DNA of 64,000 nt from Waterburya sp. (GTDB taxonomy: Bacteria; Cyanobacteriota; Cyanobacteriia; Cyanobacteriales; Xenococcaceae): assembly GCA_965217895.1 (NCBI GenBank), contig CBDCJV010000002.1:800001-864000 (forward strand). Direction: 5' to 3'. The notes under the pieces were generated by a model. The model did no database searches. It saw only the letters and a program-made list of their open reading frames with translations, and was not told the origin of the DNA. This document shows, piece by piece, positions 11,563 through 22,287 of the stretch; within the stretch, counting starts at the first letter, position 1; every line of letters starts with the position of its first letter. Position numbers and translations under genes: made by a program.

Positions 11563-11874
11563 ATGAGCAACATACAGATAGAATCAGACCTTAAAGAAAT
11601 CCTTAATAAGTTCGATCAAAAGCTCGATCGCATACAGAAAGACGTTACAGATATAAATCTGAGATTAACTAAGGTAGAAACTAAACTAGACGGCACGGTT
11701 GAAGATATCAAGGAAATTAAAGGCTCACAAAAAGCGCACCGCCGATGGCGAGGTTTCCTCGCCATGTCGCCGGAGCAAGAAGCGCAGATTTGGACATTGA
11801 TTGGCGTTTTAATTACTGCTGTCGGTGGCTTTGTTGTGGCGGTGGGACGTTCTGTGCTTTCATTTAATCCTTAA
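11563..11874 (+). CDS. Small coiled-coil protein with C-terminal TM anchor (DUF4164/XhlA-like) carrying a 16-aa insertion
   Basis: Heptad-rich N-terminus followed by QIWTLIGVLITAVGG. Confidence 0.7.
   Translation: MSNIQIESDLKEILNKFDQKLDRIQKDVTDINLRLTKVETKLDGTVEDIKEIKGSQKAHRRWRGFLAMSPEQEAQIWTLIGVLITAVGGFVVAVGRSVLSFNP
11732..11786. mobile_element. 48-bp small hairpin insertion with 7-bp flanking direct repeat
   Basis: AAGCGCA at 11732-11738 and 11780-11786; hairpin atggcgagg-ttt-cctcgccat at 11745-11765. Confidence 0.7.
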
Positions 11875-11928
11875 ATTTTTTTAAGGCATGGGTAGATTAT
11901 TCTTTATAAAAACAAACTATCTTAAATC

Positions 11929-12474
11929 ATGTATGACGATAACCGACTTTATAAGCCTGATTATAAGAAATATCCCAAAGTTCCCATAGATAGACGAGTA
12001 TGGGCATTTGCGATCGACTTTCTGAGCATTTGGTTTATTAGCTCCTTTTTTGCCTCAAATCTGTATGTTCAGTGGCTGGTATTTCTACCCCTTTGGTTGA
12101 TTATGCGAGTGCTGATCGTGGAAAAAAATAAAGGTCAAAGTTTGGGCAAATGGGCATTTGATATCAAAGTCATCGATCCGCGCTTTAATCGAGTACCCGA
12201 TTTAATGAGCTTACTTAAACGAGAAATAATGGTAGGTGTGTTTGCAGCTTTGGCGATCGCAGGATTACAAAATCTTACGAATGGTTTATCTGTATTGCTT
12301 CTGCTTAGTCCTTTGGCGATAGATTGCTCCATATCTTTACTAGATGAAGAGGCGAACCTAGCTGGGCATGACCGAGTGGCACGGACTTTTATGGTACAAA
12401 CAGAAAGAGGTTTTTCTCTAGACTTAAGACTTAAAAAAATATTTGGTCAAATTCAGCGGAGTATGCGAAAATAG
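11929..12474 (+). CDS. RDD-family membrane protein
   Basis: Motifs RRVWAFAIDF, GQSLGKWAFDIKVI and HDRVART. Confidence 0.85.
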   Translation: MYDDNRLYKPDYKKYPKVPIDRRVWAFAIDFLSIWFISSFFASNLYVQWLVFLPLWLIMRVLIVEKNKGQSLGKWAFDIKVIDPRFNRVPDLMSLLKREIMVGVFAALAIAGLQNLTNGLSVLLLLSPLAIDCSISLLDEEANLAGHDRVARTFMVQTERGFSLDLRLKKIFGQIQRSMRK

Positions 12475-12576
12475 TAAGCTGCGTGTCAATACCGCGATTA
12501 GAGATGCTTTCTGAGCGTCGGTCAGTATGTGAGTAAACATAACAATATATAAATAGATAATCCCTGAGCAAAAATC

Positions 12577-12771
12577 ATGGCAAGCAAGAAAGGCGTTCGG
12601 ATAGTTATTACTTTAGAATGCACTGAGTGTCGCACCAACACCAATAAGCGATCGCCTGGTGTATCTAGATATACCACAACCAAAAACCGTCGCAACACTA
12701 CAGGCAGAATGGAATTGAAAAAATTCTGTACTCATTGCAACACCCACACCGTTCATAAAGAAATTAAGTAA
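12577..12771 (+). CDS. rpmG: 50S ribosomal protein L33
   Basis: ITLECTEC...YTTTKNRRN...ELKKFC. Confidence 0.98.
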   Translation: MASKKGVRIVITLECTECRTNTNKRSPGVSRYTTTKNRRNTTGRMELKKFCTHCNTHTVHKEIK

Positions 12772-12811
12772 TTTCTTAAACCAAATCAATCGAATAACTT
12801 ATCAAATAATC

Positions 12812-13027
12812 ATGGCATATTATCGTAAACGTCTTTCCCCAATTAAACCTAGCGATCCTATCGATTATAAGGACATAGAATTGCTGCGCAAATTTATCAC
12901 TGAAAGAGGCAAAATTTTGCCCCGTCGGATCACTGGCTTGACTGCACAACAGCAAAGAGATTTAACTGTAGCGGTAAAAAGAGCTAGAGCGATCGCTTTA
13001 TTACCTTTTGTAAATGCAGAAGGTTAA
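12812..13027 (+). CDS. rpsR: 30S ribosomal protein S18
   Basis: [26 protein letters not shown]. Confidence 0.98.
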   Translation: MAYYRKRLSPIKPSDPIDYKDIELLRKFITERGKILPRRITGLTAQQQRDLTVAVKRARAIALLPFVNAEG

Positions 13028-13127
13028 ATAACCCTTGTTTTTGCGGTTTAATGGCAATAAAAAATCAGCGAAAAGTAAACTAAAGCAAGTAAAATAAAGC
13101 TTACTGTCGTAATCAAGTACAAAGCTG

Positions 13128-15143
13128 GTGGAACAAGGAAAGCTGATTGAATTCAGAGTGCAAGGAGAACGTCGTCTTGCAGTTGCCGAAAGACCAGAAG
13201 GAAAAAAGGATTGGATCGTAGTTGATGCAGGGGGACAATCTCACAAGATACGTCCCCAAAGAGTTGATTACACCGTCGAAGGAGTTCTTTGTGAACCTGC
13301 GGAGATCCCCAGCTTTTTAGCAGAAGTTGAATCTTATTTAGACCCTGATAGTCTAGAAATAGCCTGGGAAGTATTAGTCGAAGATAGCAGCACCGTTACT
13401 CCACAGCAAATGGCGGAACTGTTGTTTTCCGACCGAAGCCCAGCACCTTGTTATGCTGCTCATTCTCTTTTGAGTCAAGACAAAATATATTTCAAGCAAA
13501 AAGCCGATTGCTACGAACCTAGACCAGAATCTCAGGTTGAAGAGATTAAGCACCAGCTAGAGGTTCAAGCACAAAAAGACCGTCAGAAAGAAGAGTTTGT
13601 TACTCATGTCAAAGAAGCTCTAGAAGGAAAAGAAATTGAATGGAGTGAAAGCGATCGCCTTCGCTTAGAATCGATTGAAAAATTGGCACTTCAAGCTGAC
13701 AATGCCCCTAAATCTGTTCAAGAAATACTCAAAGAAATTGGCAAAAATTATGATGCCCAGGCAGCTTTTCAACTATTAGTGGATATAGGATGGTGGAGTG
13801 AGCATGAAAATTTATTTTTGCGTCGCAGTTCTTATCCGATAAACTTCTCTAGAAAGGTGCTTGATGTGGTGCAGCCTCGTCTTCAATTAGATCCTGCCGA
13901 AGCCGACGACAATCGTTTAGATTTAACTTATCTCAAAGTTTGTACCATTGATGATGAAAGCACCACTGAAATTGATGATGGTCTGAGCATTGAATATTTA
14001 GCTAACGGTACAGCCAAAATTTGGGTTCATATTGCCGACCCGACTCGCTTAGTTGAGCCAGAAGATGAACTAGATTTAGAGGCTCGTCGCCGTAGTACTA
14101 GCCTTTATCTGCCTACAGGTATGGTTTCTATGTTTCCGACGGAGCTAGCAACAGGACCAATGAGCCTGGTAGAAGGACAAGTGTGCTGCGCTCTTAGTTT
14201 TGGCGTAGTGCTTGACGAAACAGGAGGAATTCAAGAGTACGAAATTCATTCAAGTCTAATTAAACCCACTTATCGTCTTACTTACGATGATGTGGATGAG
14301 ATGTTGCAGCTAGGGATACAGAATGAACCCGAAATTCCCGATTTGGCTCAAAAATCCCAACTAAGACGAGAATGGCGCAAATCTCAAGGCTCAATTCAAA
14401 TCAAGATGCCAGAGTCGGTGATTAAAGTCAAAGATAACGAAGAAGTAACCATTGAACTGATTGATAGCTCTCCCTCGCGCCAGCTAGTTGCGGAGATGAT
14501 GATCCTAGCAGGTCAGATTGGCGGGAAATATGGAACAGAACATAACCTGCCATTGCCCTACAGAGGTCAGCCACAGCCCGAATTACCCTCCGAAGAAGAG
14601 CTACTCCAACTTCCTCCAGGCCCAACTCGTTTTTGTGCTTTGCGTAGCTGTATGCCTCGTAGTGAGATGAGTATGTCGCCGATTCGTCACGCTAGTTTGG
14701 GTTTAGATAGCTATGTCCAGGTAACGTCGCCGATCCGTCGTTATACAGATCTTTTGGCGCATTTTCAAATCAAGGCACATCTGCGGGGCGAAGAATTACC
14801 TTTTTCACGGGAAGAATTACAGGAAATTGTCTACAGCGTTAGCAGTTCATCCTATGAAGCAACTCTGGTAGAGCGTCAAACTAACCGCTACTGGGGATTA
14901 GAATACCTGCGACGTAACGCCGAATGCGTCTGGGATGTCTTAGTCTTGCGCTGGCTAAGGGAAGATGAAAACTTAGGTCTGGTTTTAATTGAAGATCTGG
15001 GTATGGAATTGCCCCATCGCTTTGATCGCCCTGTAGCTTTAGGCGATCGCTTAGAAATGCAGGTGACTCGTGCCGATCCTCAACGAGATGAAGTACGATT
15101 TAGAGAAATAACTGAAGCAGAAATTCAGGCAACCTCGTCTTAA
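13128..15143 (+). CDS. rnb: RNase II/R-family (RNB domain) exoribonuclease
   Basis: Motifs TIDDESTTEIDDG, VHIAD and TSPIRRYTDL. Confidence 0.93.
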   Translation: MEQGKLIEFRVQGERRLAVAERPEGKKDWIVVDAGGQSHKIRPQRVDYTVEGVLCEPAEIPSFLAEVESYLDPDSLEIAWEVLVEDSSTVTPQQMAELLFSDRSPAPCYAAHSLLSQDKIYFKQKADCYEPRPESQVEEIKHQLEVQAQKDRQKEEFVTHVKEALEGKEIEWSESDRLRLESIEKLALQADNAPKSVQEILKEIGKNYDAQAAFQLLVDIGWWSEHENLFLRRSSYPINFSRKVLDVVQPRLQLDPAEADDNRLDLTYLKVCTIDDESTTEIDDGLSIEYLANGTAKIWVHIADPTRLVEPEDELDLEARRRSTSLYLPTGMVSMFPTELATGPMSLVEGQVCCALSFGVVLDETGGIQEYEIHSSLIKPTYRLTYDDVDEMLQLGIQNEPEIPDLAQKSQLRREWRKSQGSIQIKMPESVIKVKDNEEVTIELIDSSPSRQLVAEMMILAGQIGGKYGTEHNLPLPYRGQPQPELPSEEELLQLPPGPTRFCALRSCMPRSEMSMSPIRHASLGLDSYVQVTSPIRRYTDLLAHFQIKAHLRGEELPFSREELQEIVYSVSSSSYEATLVERQTNRYWGLEYLRRNAECVWDVLVLRWLREDENLGLVLIEDLGMELPHRFDRPVALGDRLEMQVTRADPQRDEVRFREITEAEIQATSS

Positions 15144-15163
15144 TTTAGGGGCTGACTTAGAGA

Positions 15164-16381
15164 ATGAACATACTTGAAAGCTTGAAGATGGCGACTTCTA
15201 CTCTGGTTGCCAATAAGATGCGCAGTAGTTTGACAATGTTGGGCATTATTATCGGCAACGCTTCGGTAATTGCCATGGTGGGAGTAGGACAAGGAGCAAA
15301 AAATCTAGCTTCAGAACAGTTTGAATCCCTTGGTCCTAATGTTCTGTTTGTTGCACCAGGGTCGTCAGAAGAGAGACGCACTACCTTTAGCCAACCAAAA
15401 ACTCTAGTTTGGGATGATGCGATCGCGATCGCCGATCAAGTACCTAGCGTTAAAGAAGTTGCTCCCCAAATTAGCGCCAATAGCCTAATTACCTATCGTA
15501 ATCGTAACAGCAGCGAACAAGTAATCGGTACTACCCCTGAATACTTGACAGTCAGGAGTTTTGAGGTAGATCGAGGCAGATTCTTTAATGATGAAGATGT
15601 CAAGCGCAATCAGCGAGTAGTGGTTTTAGGTTCAGAAATAGCCCAGAGGTTCTTTGGGCAACAAAATCCTTTAGGTAAAAAGATGAGAGTTAAAAACATT
15701 AACCTGGAGGTAATTGGAGTCTTAGAAGCTAAGGGAGCTTTTTTGGGCAGCAATCAAGATCGCACCGTATATCTTCCCCTAACAACAATGGCGAGTCAAA
15801 TTGTCGGCGATACTTCTCCCTATGGGACTCAGGTAAACGTTATTTCCATTGCTGCTAAAAATGAAGATAGTGTTCGTGCTGCCAAGCTACAAATTGAAAA
15901 TCTCTTGCGGTTGCGCCACAAAATTACTGGTCAAGATGATTTTAGCGTCAATACTCAAAAAGACGTATTACAGATTGTAGATACAATCACCAGTGGTTTA
16001 ACTGTCTTGCTCGCTGCGACTGCCGGTATCTCTTTATTGGTCGGCGGCATTGGCGTAATGAATATTATGCTGGTGGCGGTAACAGAAAGGACAAAAGAAA
16101 TTGGCTTACGTAAAGCGATCGGTGCCAAGGAAGGAGATATTTTGTGGCAGTTTTTGATTGAAGCAACAATTCTTTCGGCAGCAGGAGGTGCGATCGGTAC
16201 TGTAGTTGGTGTCACGGGAATTGTTTTGGTGGGTACATTTTCTCCCCTGGCACCAACTATTTCTCCACTAGCTATTTTACTGGCTGTAGGAGTTTCGGGA
16301 ATAATTGGTCTTTCTTTTGGAGTTTTTCCTGCTAGAGCAGCAGCCAAGCTCGATCCTATAGTTGCTTTAAGAAGTATTTGA
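15164..16381 (+). CDS. MacB/FtsX-type ABC transporter permease
   Basis: Motifs RSSLTMLGIIIG, GGIGVMNIML..VTERTKEIGLRKAIGA and AAKLDPIVALR. Confidence 0.93.
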   Translation: MNILESLKMATSTLVANKMRSSLTMLGIIIGNASVIAMVGVGQGAKNLASEQFESLGPNVLFVAPGSSEERRTTFSQPKTLVWDDAIAIADQVPSVKEVAPQISANSLITYRNRNSSEQVIGTTPEYLTVRSFEVDRGRFFNDEDVKRNQRVVVLGSEIAQRFFGQQNPLGKKMRVKNINLEVIGVLEAKGAFLGSNQDRTVYLPLTTMASQIVGDTSPYGTQVNVISIAAKNEDSVRAAKLQIENLLRLRHKITGQDDFSVNTQKDVLQIVDTITSGLTVLLAATAGISLLVGGIGVMNIMLVAVTERTKEIGLRKAIGAKEGDILWQFLIEATILSAAGGAIGTVVGVTGIVLVGTFSPLAPTISPLAILLAVGVSGIIGLSFGVFPARAAAKLDPIVALRSI

Positions 16382-16641
16382 AAAATTTTGGCGTTGCTAA
16401 TATGAAGTATGAAATCAAATAGTAATCTTGTTAATCAGAACTCAGGTTAGATTAAGCATATAGATGTAAAATCGTTTGTTTTTCCTGATACTTTATTGAA
16501 TATGCTACTGTTCGCTCAAATTAATGTTTTTTAAGCCAATGTAATTTAAAATACTATTTCAAGATAGAGTTTTATATTTAAAATCAGGAAAGAGAATTTT
16601 TACTGCTAAAGCAAAGCTGCATTTAGCTAACAAAAGAACCA

Positions 16642-19350
16642 ATGAATCATGTTAATTTGAGTTTAGCCAAAGACAAAATTGCTGAAAAGCTGGGTTATTT
16701 TCCTGCTTTTTTAATACCAGCAACCGAATCTGCTGCAATTTTTCGTAGCTTAGTCGAGCAAACATTTAGTGCCTACATCAATAATCCTTTACCAAAGGTA
16801 TTTAAAGAAAAGCTTTTTGTCTATCTTTCACGCAGTTGTGGCATCAGTTATTTAACTATATGTCATAGCTGTGGCTTGAACTCTTTGGGGATTAGCGCAG
16901 CAGAAATTTTGACTTTAGATGATATTAAATATCCTCTAACCGAGTCTGATATTGAAGCAGATATACAGCGTCTAAATAACCAGCAGCAAACAGAAAATTG
17001 GCAGCCTGAATTCCAAACTGAAGCCAGTTTACTGCGTTGCTGTAGCCTAATATTTTCCCAGCCCAATCGAACGCTTGCTTGCGCTGAAACTCTTAAAAAG
17101 TTATTGGGAATAGTTAATTACAATTACTTGATAATTTTTTTAGGCTATATTAAGCTTTGTCATCAATGGATTAAGGATAATCCTCATATTTCTCACGAGC
17201 AGGATCGACGTTCTCAGCTGCATTTAGGCTCTTTGTTGCTGTCGCAAATTAAATTAGCTGGTTTTTTTCAGGCAGCCGATGCAAAATTATCTAATCAGAA
17301 GCAAGAAATACTAGAACTTGACCATCAGTCTGAGCCATTAGTTGAGAATACTGATTTAGACTCTAGATCGGTAACTTTTTCAACCTTGACAGCTTGTTTG
17401 GCGAATATTCCTTTGCCCATAATAATTCACGATGGCTCGGGCAAGATTTTATACTGCAACCATAGCTGGTTAGAAATTAGTGGTTTTGACTCTTCTGAAA
17501 TATCTACTATTAGCCAGTGGAAGCAAAAGGCTCAAGTTAAAGTTATACAGTCCCAAAGAGTTGAGCTATCTCCTAATATCCCTAGCAAATCACTATTACC
17601 GATCGAAAAGTACGCTATTCAACTACAGGAAATAGCAACAGAAACTAGAGAAATGCTGCAAAAGATAATAGAGTCTTTGATTAGCTTAGTTTCTGGAAAA
17701 ACTCATATTGAAGCTAATGATTGCACAATCGAAGGAGAAAAATTCAGCATCCTGACTGGCAAGGGTGAACAGCGGTTTTGGCAGTTACACTCTGCTTCTC
17801 TTGATTATGACGATCGCAATTTAACAATATCTGTGGTTAAAGATATTACTGATATTTATCAAGCAAACGCCATCCTGGAATTAATTTCCAAAGCGACAAA
17901 AACTGGCATTTGGAGTTGGAATTTAATAAATAATCAGATTGATATTTGCGATCGCGGTCGAGCTATTTTAGGCTTAAACAATTTTGATGGCAGCTACGCT
18001 AGCTTTTTGCAGTCGATTCATCCTGAAGAGCGAGAATCTGTCGATTTATTGATGATTAAGACGATTAAAGCTCATAAAAACCTGAATTTAGAATATCGCG
18101 TCGTTAAACCTCAAGGAAAAATCGCTGCTATTAAAACTAAAGGAAATTTAGATTATGATGCCCAAGGAAAAGCAATTAGGCTCAAAGGAGTGGTGAGCGA
18201 TATTACCGAACACAAGCTGACTCGACCTAAAAAACCTAGGCAGATTACCAACCAGGCTCAACCTCAAAACACAGCCCAATACATCGAAAAGCTAGAGACT
18301 TTAATCAGTCTAATTCCCTATTACTTATTTGTAGTAGACGTATCCACCGAGACTATCTTTTTTACGAACAAGGCTTTAGCAAAAAGTCTGGGCTTAGTTG
18401 ATGATCGGCTCCCCAAAGGAAAAGCGATCGCCGAATGTTTTTCGCCAGAATATACGCGACAAATAATTTGGCAACAGCAACAGGTGTTAACCTACGACAA
18501 AGTGCTTCATTTACAAGAAGAGGTAAAATTTGCCGATGGAGTTCACTATTTTGATACTATCGTCACGCCGATTAAAAATGATGAGGGAGAAATATATGCA
18601 CTACTTCATACTCTTAATGATGTTCAAAATATGGCTGCTACTCAAAAAGCTCTTTCACAGCGTAGTCTTCAGCTAGAGGCTGCCAATAAAGAATTAGAAT
18701 CTTTTTCCTATTCTGTATCTCACGATTTACAGTCACCCCTAAGAATTATTAATGGCTTTAGTCAGGTGCTGTGGTCAACGTGCCAGTCCGATCTAAACGA
18801 CCGCGCTAAACACTATTTAGAGAGGATTCAAGCCAATAGTCAAAAGATGAGTGATCTGATTGACGCTTTATTGGAGTTGTCTAGGGTAACTCGCAGCGAA
18901 ATGAAGTTGATTGAGGTTGACCTAAGTCAGATTGCCCAAAATATTATTGAAGAGTTGCAAACACAAGACCTCGATCGCCAGATAGAAATAAAAATTGCTC
19001 CCGATCTTAAGGCAATAGGAGATCCTCAATTACTGAGAATTGTCTTAGATAATTTGCTTAATAATGCCTGGAAATACACCTCAAAGCGATCGCTGGCAAA
19101 AATTGAATTTGCTACTTTAACTGCTAATGGAGAACAAACCGCTTTCTACGTGCGGGATAATGGTGCGGGTTTCGATCAAGACTATGCTGATAAGCTGTTT
19201 ACTGCTTTTCAACGACTCCACAGTCAAGCTGAGTTTCCTGGTACAGGAATTGGTTTGGCTACTGTACAGCGTATTATATATCGTCATGGGGGCAAGGTCT
19301 GGGCAAAGGGAGAATGCGATCGCGGGACAACAATTTATTTTTGTCTTTAG
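16642..19350 (+). CDS. Multi-PAS sensor histidine kinase with an uncharacterised Cys/His-containing N-terminal domain
   Basis: H-box SYSVSHDLQSPL, NAWKYT, DNGAGF and GTGIGLA; PAS/PAC-like segments. Confidence 0.9.
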   Translation: MNHVNLSLAKDKIAEKLGYFPAFLIPATESAAIFRSLVEQTFSAYINNPLPKVFKEKLFVYLSRSCGISYLTICHSCGLNSLGISAAEILTLDDIKYPLTESDIEADIQRLNNQQQTENWQPEFQTEASLLRCCSLIFSQPNRTLACAETLKKLLGIVNYNYLIIFLGYIKLCHQWIKDNPHISHEQDRRSQLHLGSLLLSQIKLAGFFQAADAKLSNQKQEILELDHQSEPLVENTDLDSRSVTFSTLTACLANIPLPIIIHDGSGKILYCNHSWLEISGFDSSEISTISQWKQKAQVKVIQSQRVELSPNIPSKSLLPIEKYAIQLQEIATETREMLQKIIESLISLVSGKTHIEANDCTIEGEKFSILTGKGEQRFWQLHSASLDYDDRNLTISVVKDITDIYQANAILELISKATKTGIWSWNLINNQIDICDRGRAILGLNNFDGSYASFLQSIHPEERESVDLLMIKTIKAHKNLNLEYRVVKPQGKIAAIKTKGNLDYDAQGKAIRLKGVVSDITEHKLTRPKKPRQITNQAQPQNTAQYIEKLETLISLIPYYLFVVDVSTETIFFTNKALAKSLGLVDDRLPKGKAIAECFSPEYTRQIIWQQQQVLTYDKVLHLQEEVKFADGVHYFDTIVTPIKNDEGEIYALLHTLNDVQNMAATQKALSQRSLQLEAANKELESFSYSVSHDLQSPLRIINGFSQVLWSTCQSDLNDRAKHYLERIQANSQKMSDLIDALLELSRVTRSEMKLIEVDLSQIAQNIIEELQTQDLDRQIEIKIAPDLKAIGDPQLLRIVLDNLLNNAWKYTSKRSLAKIEFATLTANGEQTAFYVRDNGAGFDQDYADKLFTAFQRLHSQAEFPGTGIGLATVQRIIYRHGGKVWAKGECDRGTTIYFCL

Positions 19351-19474
19351 GGCGTGTCCGCATCTGTTGCACTTGCAACAAATTAATTCAGCCTGTTTTG
19401 TTGTAAAGCGATCGCCGTTCTTTTGAACGACTTACTGCGCTTTTCAGTTGAATAGAACACAAAAGTTTAATCTG

Positions 19475-19562
19475 AAAAGCTAAAAGCTAAAAGCGCAGCG
19501 CATTCGCGCAGTCCGCCCTAGCGGGCTTCGATGCTTCGCATCGTGCAGCTAATAGCTAAAAA
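19475..19562. repeat. AAAAGCT heptamer repeat interrupted by a GC-rich hairpin insert
   Basis: aaaagct aaaagct aaaagc[...cgatgc-ttc-gcatcg...]agct aatagct. Confidence 0.55.
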
Positions 19563-19609
19563 CCAGTTAATCTCGAACGTAGTCTACCCAATTGAAAACT
19601 GCTATAAAT

Positions 19610-21163
19610 CTATTCCAAAAAATAGGTTGCTAAACCCAATTTTGCTAGCGATCGCTCTGCCTGTTTGGCTTTATCCCGATTGTTAAACGCTCCTATTTGT
19701 AATAAAGATTGTCCCTCAAATACAGTCTCAAAAGCTTCGGGATAGAGCGATCGTACTTCGGTTTCTTCATGGCTATCTAAGGCTTCAACTAAAACTTTAT
19801 ATTTAACTGGGTTGGTAGACGAACTACTGATTGTCGGCGGGAATGGTACTGGTTGAAGTTGAGCAGTTTCAGCAGTCGGCAAAGAGGAAGCAGTAAACAC
19901 CAATTCTTTGTTGCCCGTACTTGGTTCAGTTACAGGAGGTGGTGCAGGTAAAGAAGGATTGGCAGTAGTATCTATTGTTGGAATAGGTGCAGGTGCAGGT
20001 GCAGGTACAGGTGCAGGCGCGGGTAGATCTAATTGGGCAACCGAGGGTTTATCCGTACTAAGTAAAGGTAGGAGAGGAGATGACTTTTGAGTTGAGTTAT
20101 TAAGGGCGGTAAATTCTCCGCTATCAAAATTGATGTCACCTTCGGTTTGTCCACTAGTTTGTGTGCCGACTGCTACAATCTCATTTTTAGTAGCATTTTG
20201 AATGTCTAGTTTTCTATTGCTACGGAAAGTATTGTTTCCAGGTTCTGAACTAGTACCTAAATCAACCTGAGAATCGGCGATCGCCGTTAAGCCAGAGTCC
20301 CCAGAATCGATAATCTCATTATCTCGCAACACAGCTTGAGAATTGCCTTCTAAGATAATACCAATGCGATTGCCGTCAAAGGTGTTTTTGGTTAGGGTAG
20401 GGGCAGCATTCTGTACGACACTAACCCCAAAACCTGTATTTTTAAAAGTGTTATCGGTGACTTGTGGTTGAGAAGTACCATAGACAAGTAAACCGTTGCC
20501 AGAATTATTATAAAAGTAATTATTGGCGATGACGGGAGAACTATTTCCGTTAACAGAAACCCCAGTATTACCATTGCGGGTAAAAGTATTGCTAACTATT
20601 TTTGGGCTGGAAGACTCAAGCCATAAACCATGTCCCCGTGACTGGATATTAGTTACAGTAACTCCTGTAATACCTGCTGCATCTTTTAAAGCGGCGATCG
20701 CCACATTCTGTCCTGCACCTGTAGGGCTGATAAAATAGCCACCGCCTTGAATGACAGTATTGTAGCCTTGGTTATCAGCATCACCTTTGAGAGTAATTTT
20801 AGCTTGAATAACCAAGGGAAAAGTTTCTCCTGTTTCTTGGCTATATGTCCCCGATGCCAGCTTAATCGTGCTGCCAGAAGTAGCTACCTTTAAAGCTTGA
20901 GTAATAGTTTTGAAGGGGGCGAATTTTTCGCCTGTTTGCGAGTCATCTCCTGTTTTGGGATTAACGTAAACGATATTTTTGTCTAAAGAGGGTATTTGAG
21001 CCGTTACACTTTGAGCCAGACTTGGTTGAGCTTGCAATACAACATTTACAGGCAAAGTAAAGGTCAATACCGCTAATAACCAAGTAAAACGTTTATTCTT
21101 TCTAGATTGCTTGAGTTTTATCAAGCTGTTTCGATAAGTTTTTTGGCGATCGCTGCTTTCCAT
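19610..21163 (-). CDS. DUF1565 / parallel beta-helix exported protein with Pro-rich linker
   Basis: YVNPKTGDD...PFKTITQAL, GETFPL, beta-helix repeats and a PAPAP linker. Confidence 0.85.
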   Translation of the reverse strand: MESSDRQKTYRNSLIKLKQSRKNKRFTWLLAVLTFTLPVNVVLQAQPSLAQSVTAQIPSLDKNIVYVNPKTGDDSQTGEKFAPFKTITQALKVATSGSTIKLASGTYSQETGETFPLVIQAKITLKGDADNQGYNTVIQGGGYFISPTGAGQNVAIAALKDAAGITGVTVTNIQSRGHGLWLESSSPKIVSNTFTRNGNTGVSVNGNSSPVIANNYFYNNSGNGLLVYGTSQPQVTDNTFKNTGFGVSVVQNAAPTLTKNTFDGNRIGIILEGNSQAVLRDNEIIDSGDSGLTAIADSQVDLGTSSEPGNNTFRSNRKLDIQNATKNEIVAVGTQTSGQTEGDINFDSGEFTALNNSTQKSSPLLPLLSTDKPSVAQLDLPAPAPVPAPAPAPIPTIDTTANPSLPAPPPVTEPSTGNKELVFTASSLPTAETAQLQPVPFPPTISSSSTNPVKYKVLVEALDSHEETEVRSLYPEAFETVFEGQSLLQIGAFNNRDKAKQAERSLAKLGLATYFLE

Positions 21164-21361
21164 AATCTAGCTCCTTAATAATGGATATTGCTTGTGAATT
21201 AAAGTATCAAAATAAATATAAAGTGTTTATATCTGAGCAATAATCAATCAGCTTTTAGTAGTTTTGTTCAATTATTTAGTAATTTAAGACTGCACATAGT
21301 AAATAACGTATAATTGCCTAAGTTTCAATTTATTGACCCTATATATAATATTTGTCTGAGC

Positions 21362-22096
21362 GTGAAAATATTTGTTTATCATACTCCTGAAAGTACTCCA
21401 AACGACCTATTGCCCAACTGTGCCGTAGTTATTGACGTTTTACGAGCAACCACTACAATTGCCACCGCTCTTGATGCAGGTGCAGAAGCTGTCCAAGCAT
21501 TTAGTAACATAGAAGAATTGAAACGTCAATCTGATTTATGGTCAGCAGATAAGCGTTTACGAGCAGGTGAGCGCGGGGGTGAAATGGTAAAAGGCTTTGA
21601 TATGGGCAATTCTCCTCTTGCCTGCACTCCTAAATTGGTAAAAAATAAACGATTATTTCTTACCACTACCAACGGCACTCGTGCTTTACAAAGGGTGGAA
21701 CAAGCTCCCCAGGTGATTACCGCAGCCCAAATTAATCGCCTGGCAGCAGTTAATTATTTGCTCGAAACTCAACCAGAAATAGTGTGGATGGTAGGTTCGG
21801 GCTGGCAAGGGGATTATTCTGTAGAAGATACAGCTTGCGCTGGGGCGATCGCTCAGTCGATTTTACAGCAAAGCGATGTATCTAAGATTGAGCTATTTGG
21901 TAATGATGAAGTGATTGGCGCGATCGCACTTTATGAGCAATGGCAAGATAATCTGTTAAATCTCTTCCGTCTATGCAGTCATGGACAGCGTCTTCTCAAG
22001 CTTGATGGAGACGAAGATCTTAGATACTGTTCGCAAACCGACATTTTGAATGTTTTACCAATTCAGAAAGAGCCAGGAGTTTTAGTTAAGCGTTAA
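21362..22096 (+). CDS. comB: 2-phosphosulfolactate phosphatase family protein
   Basis: Motifs [24 protein letters not shown] and TTTNGT. Confidence 0.92.
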   Translation: MKIFVYHTPESTPNDLLPNCAVVIDVLRATTTIATALDAGAEAVQAFSNIEELKRQSDLWSADKRLRAGERGGEMVKGFDMGNSPLACTPKLVKNKRLFLTTTNGTRALQRVEQAPQVITAAQINRLAAVNYLLETQPEIVWMVGSGWQGDYSVEDTACAGAIAQSILQQSDVSKIELFGNDEVIGAIALYEQWQDNLLNLFRLCSHGQRLLKLDGDEDLRYCSQTDILNVLPIQKEPGVLVKR

Positions 22097-22287
22097 AAGC
22101 AGTTAATAGGCATTGGAAACCAGTAATTTAAGTTCCGAACAAGAAAACGGATAGTAAGAAAATAACAACAAATAAAGAAAATAAACTTGAAAAAGAACAA
22201 GCCCTTGAGCTATTTTGGGGATAATATGTAGTAATCCTCAATTTCTCCCAAAGGTGGAATCGCTGAAACCTTTGATATAACTGGAAA

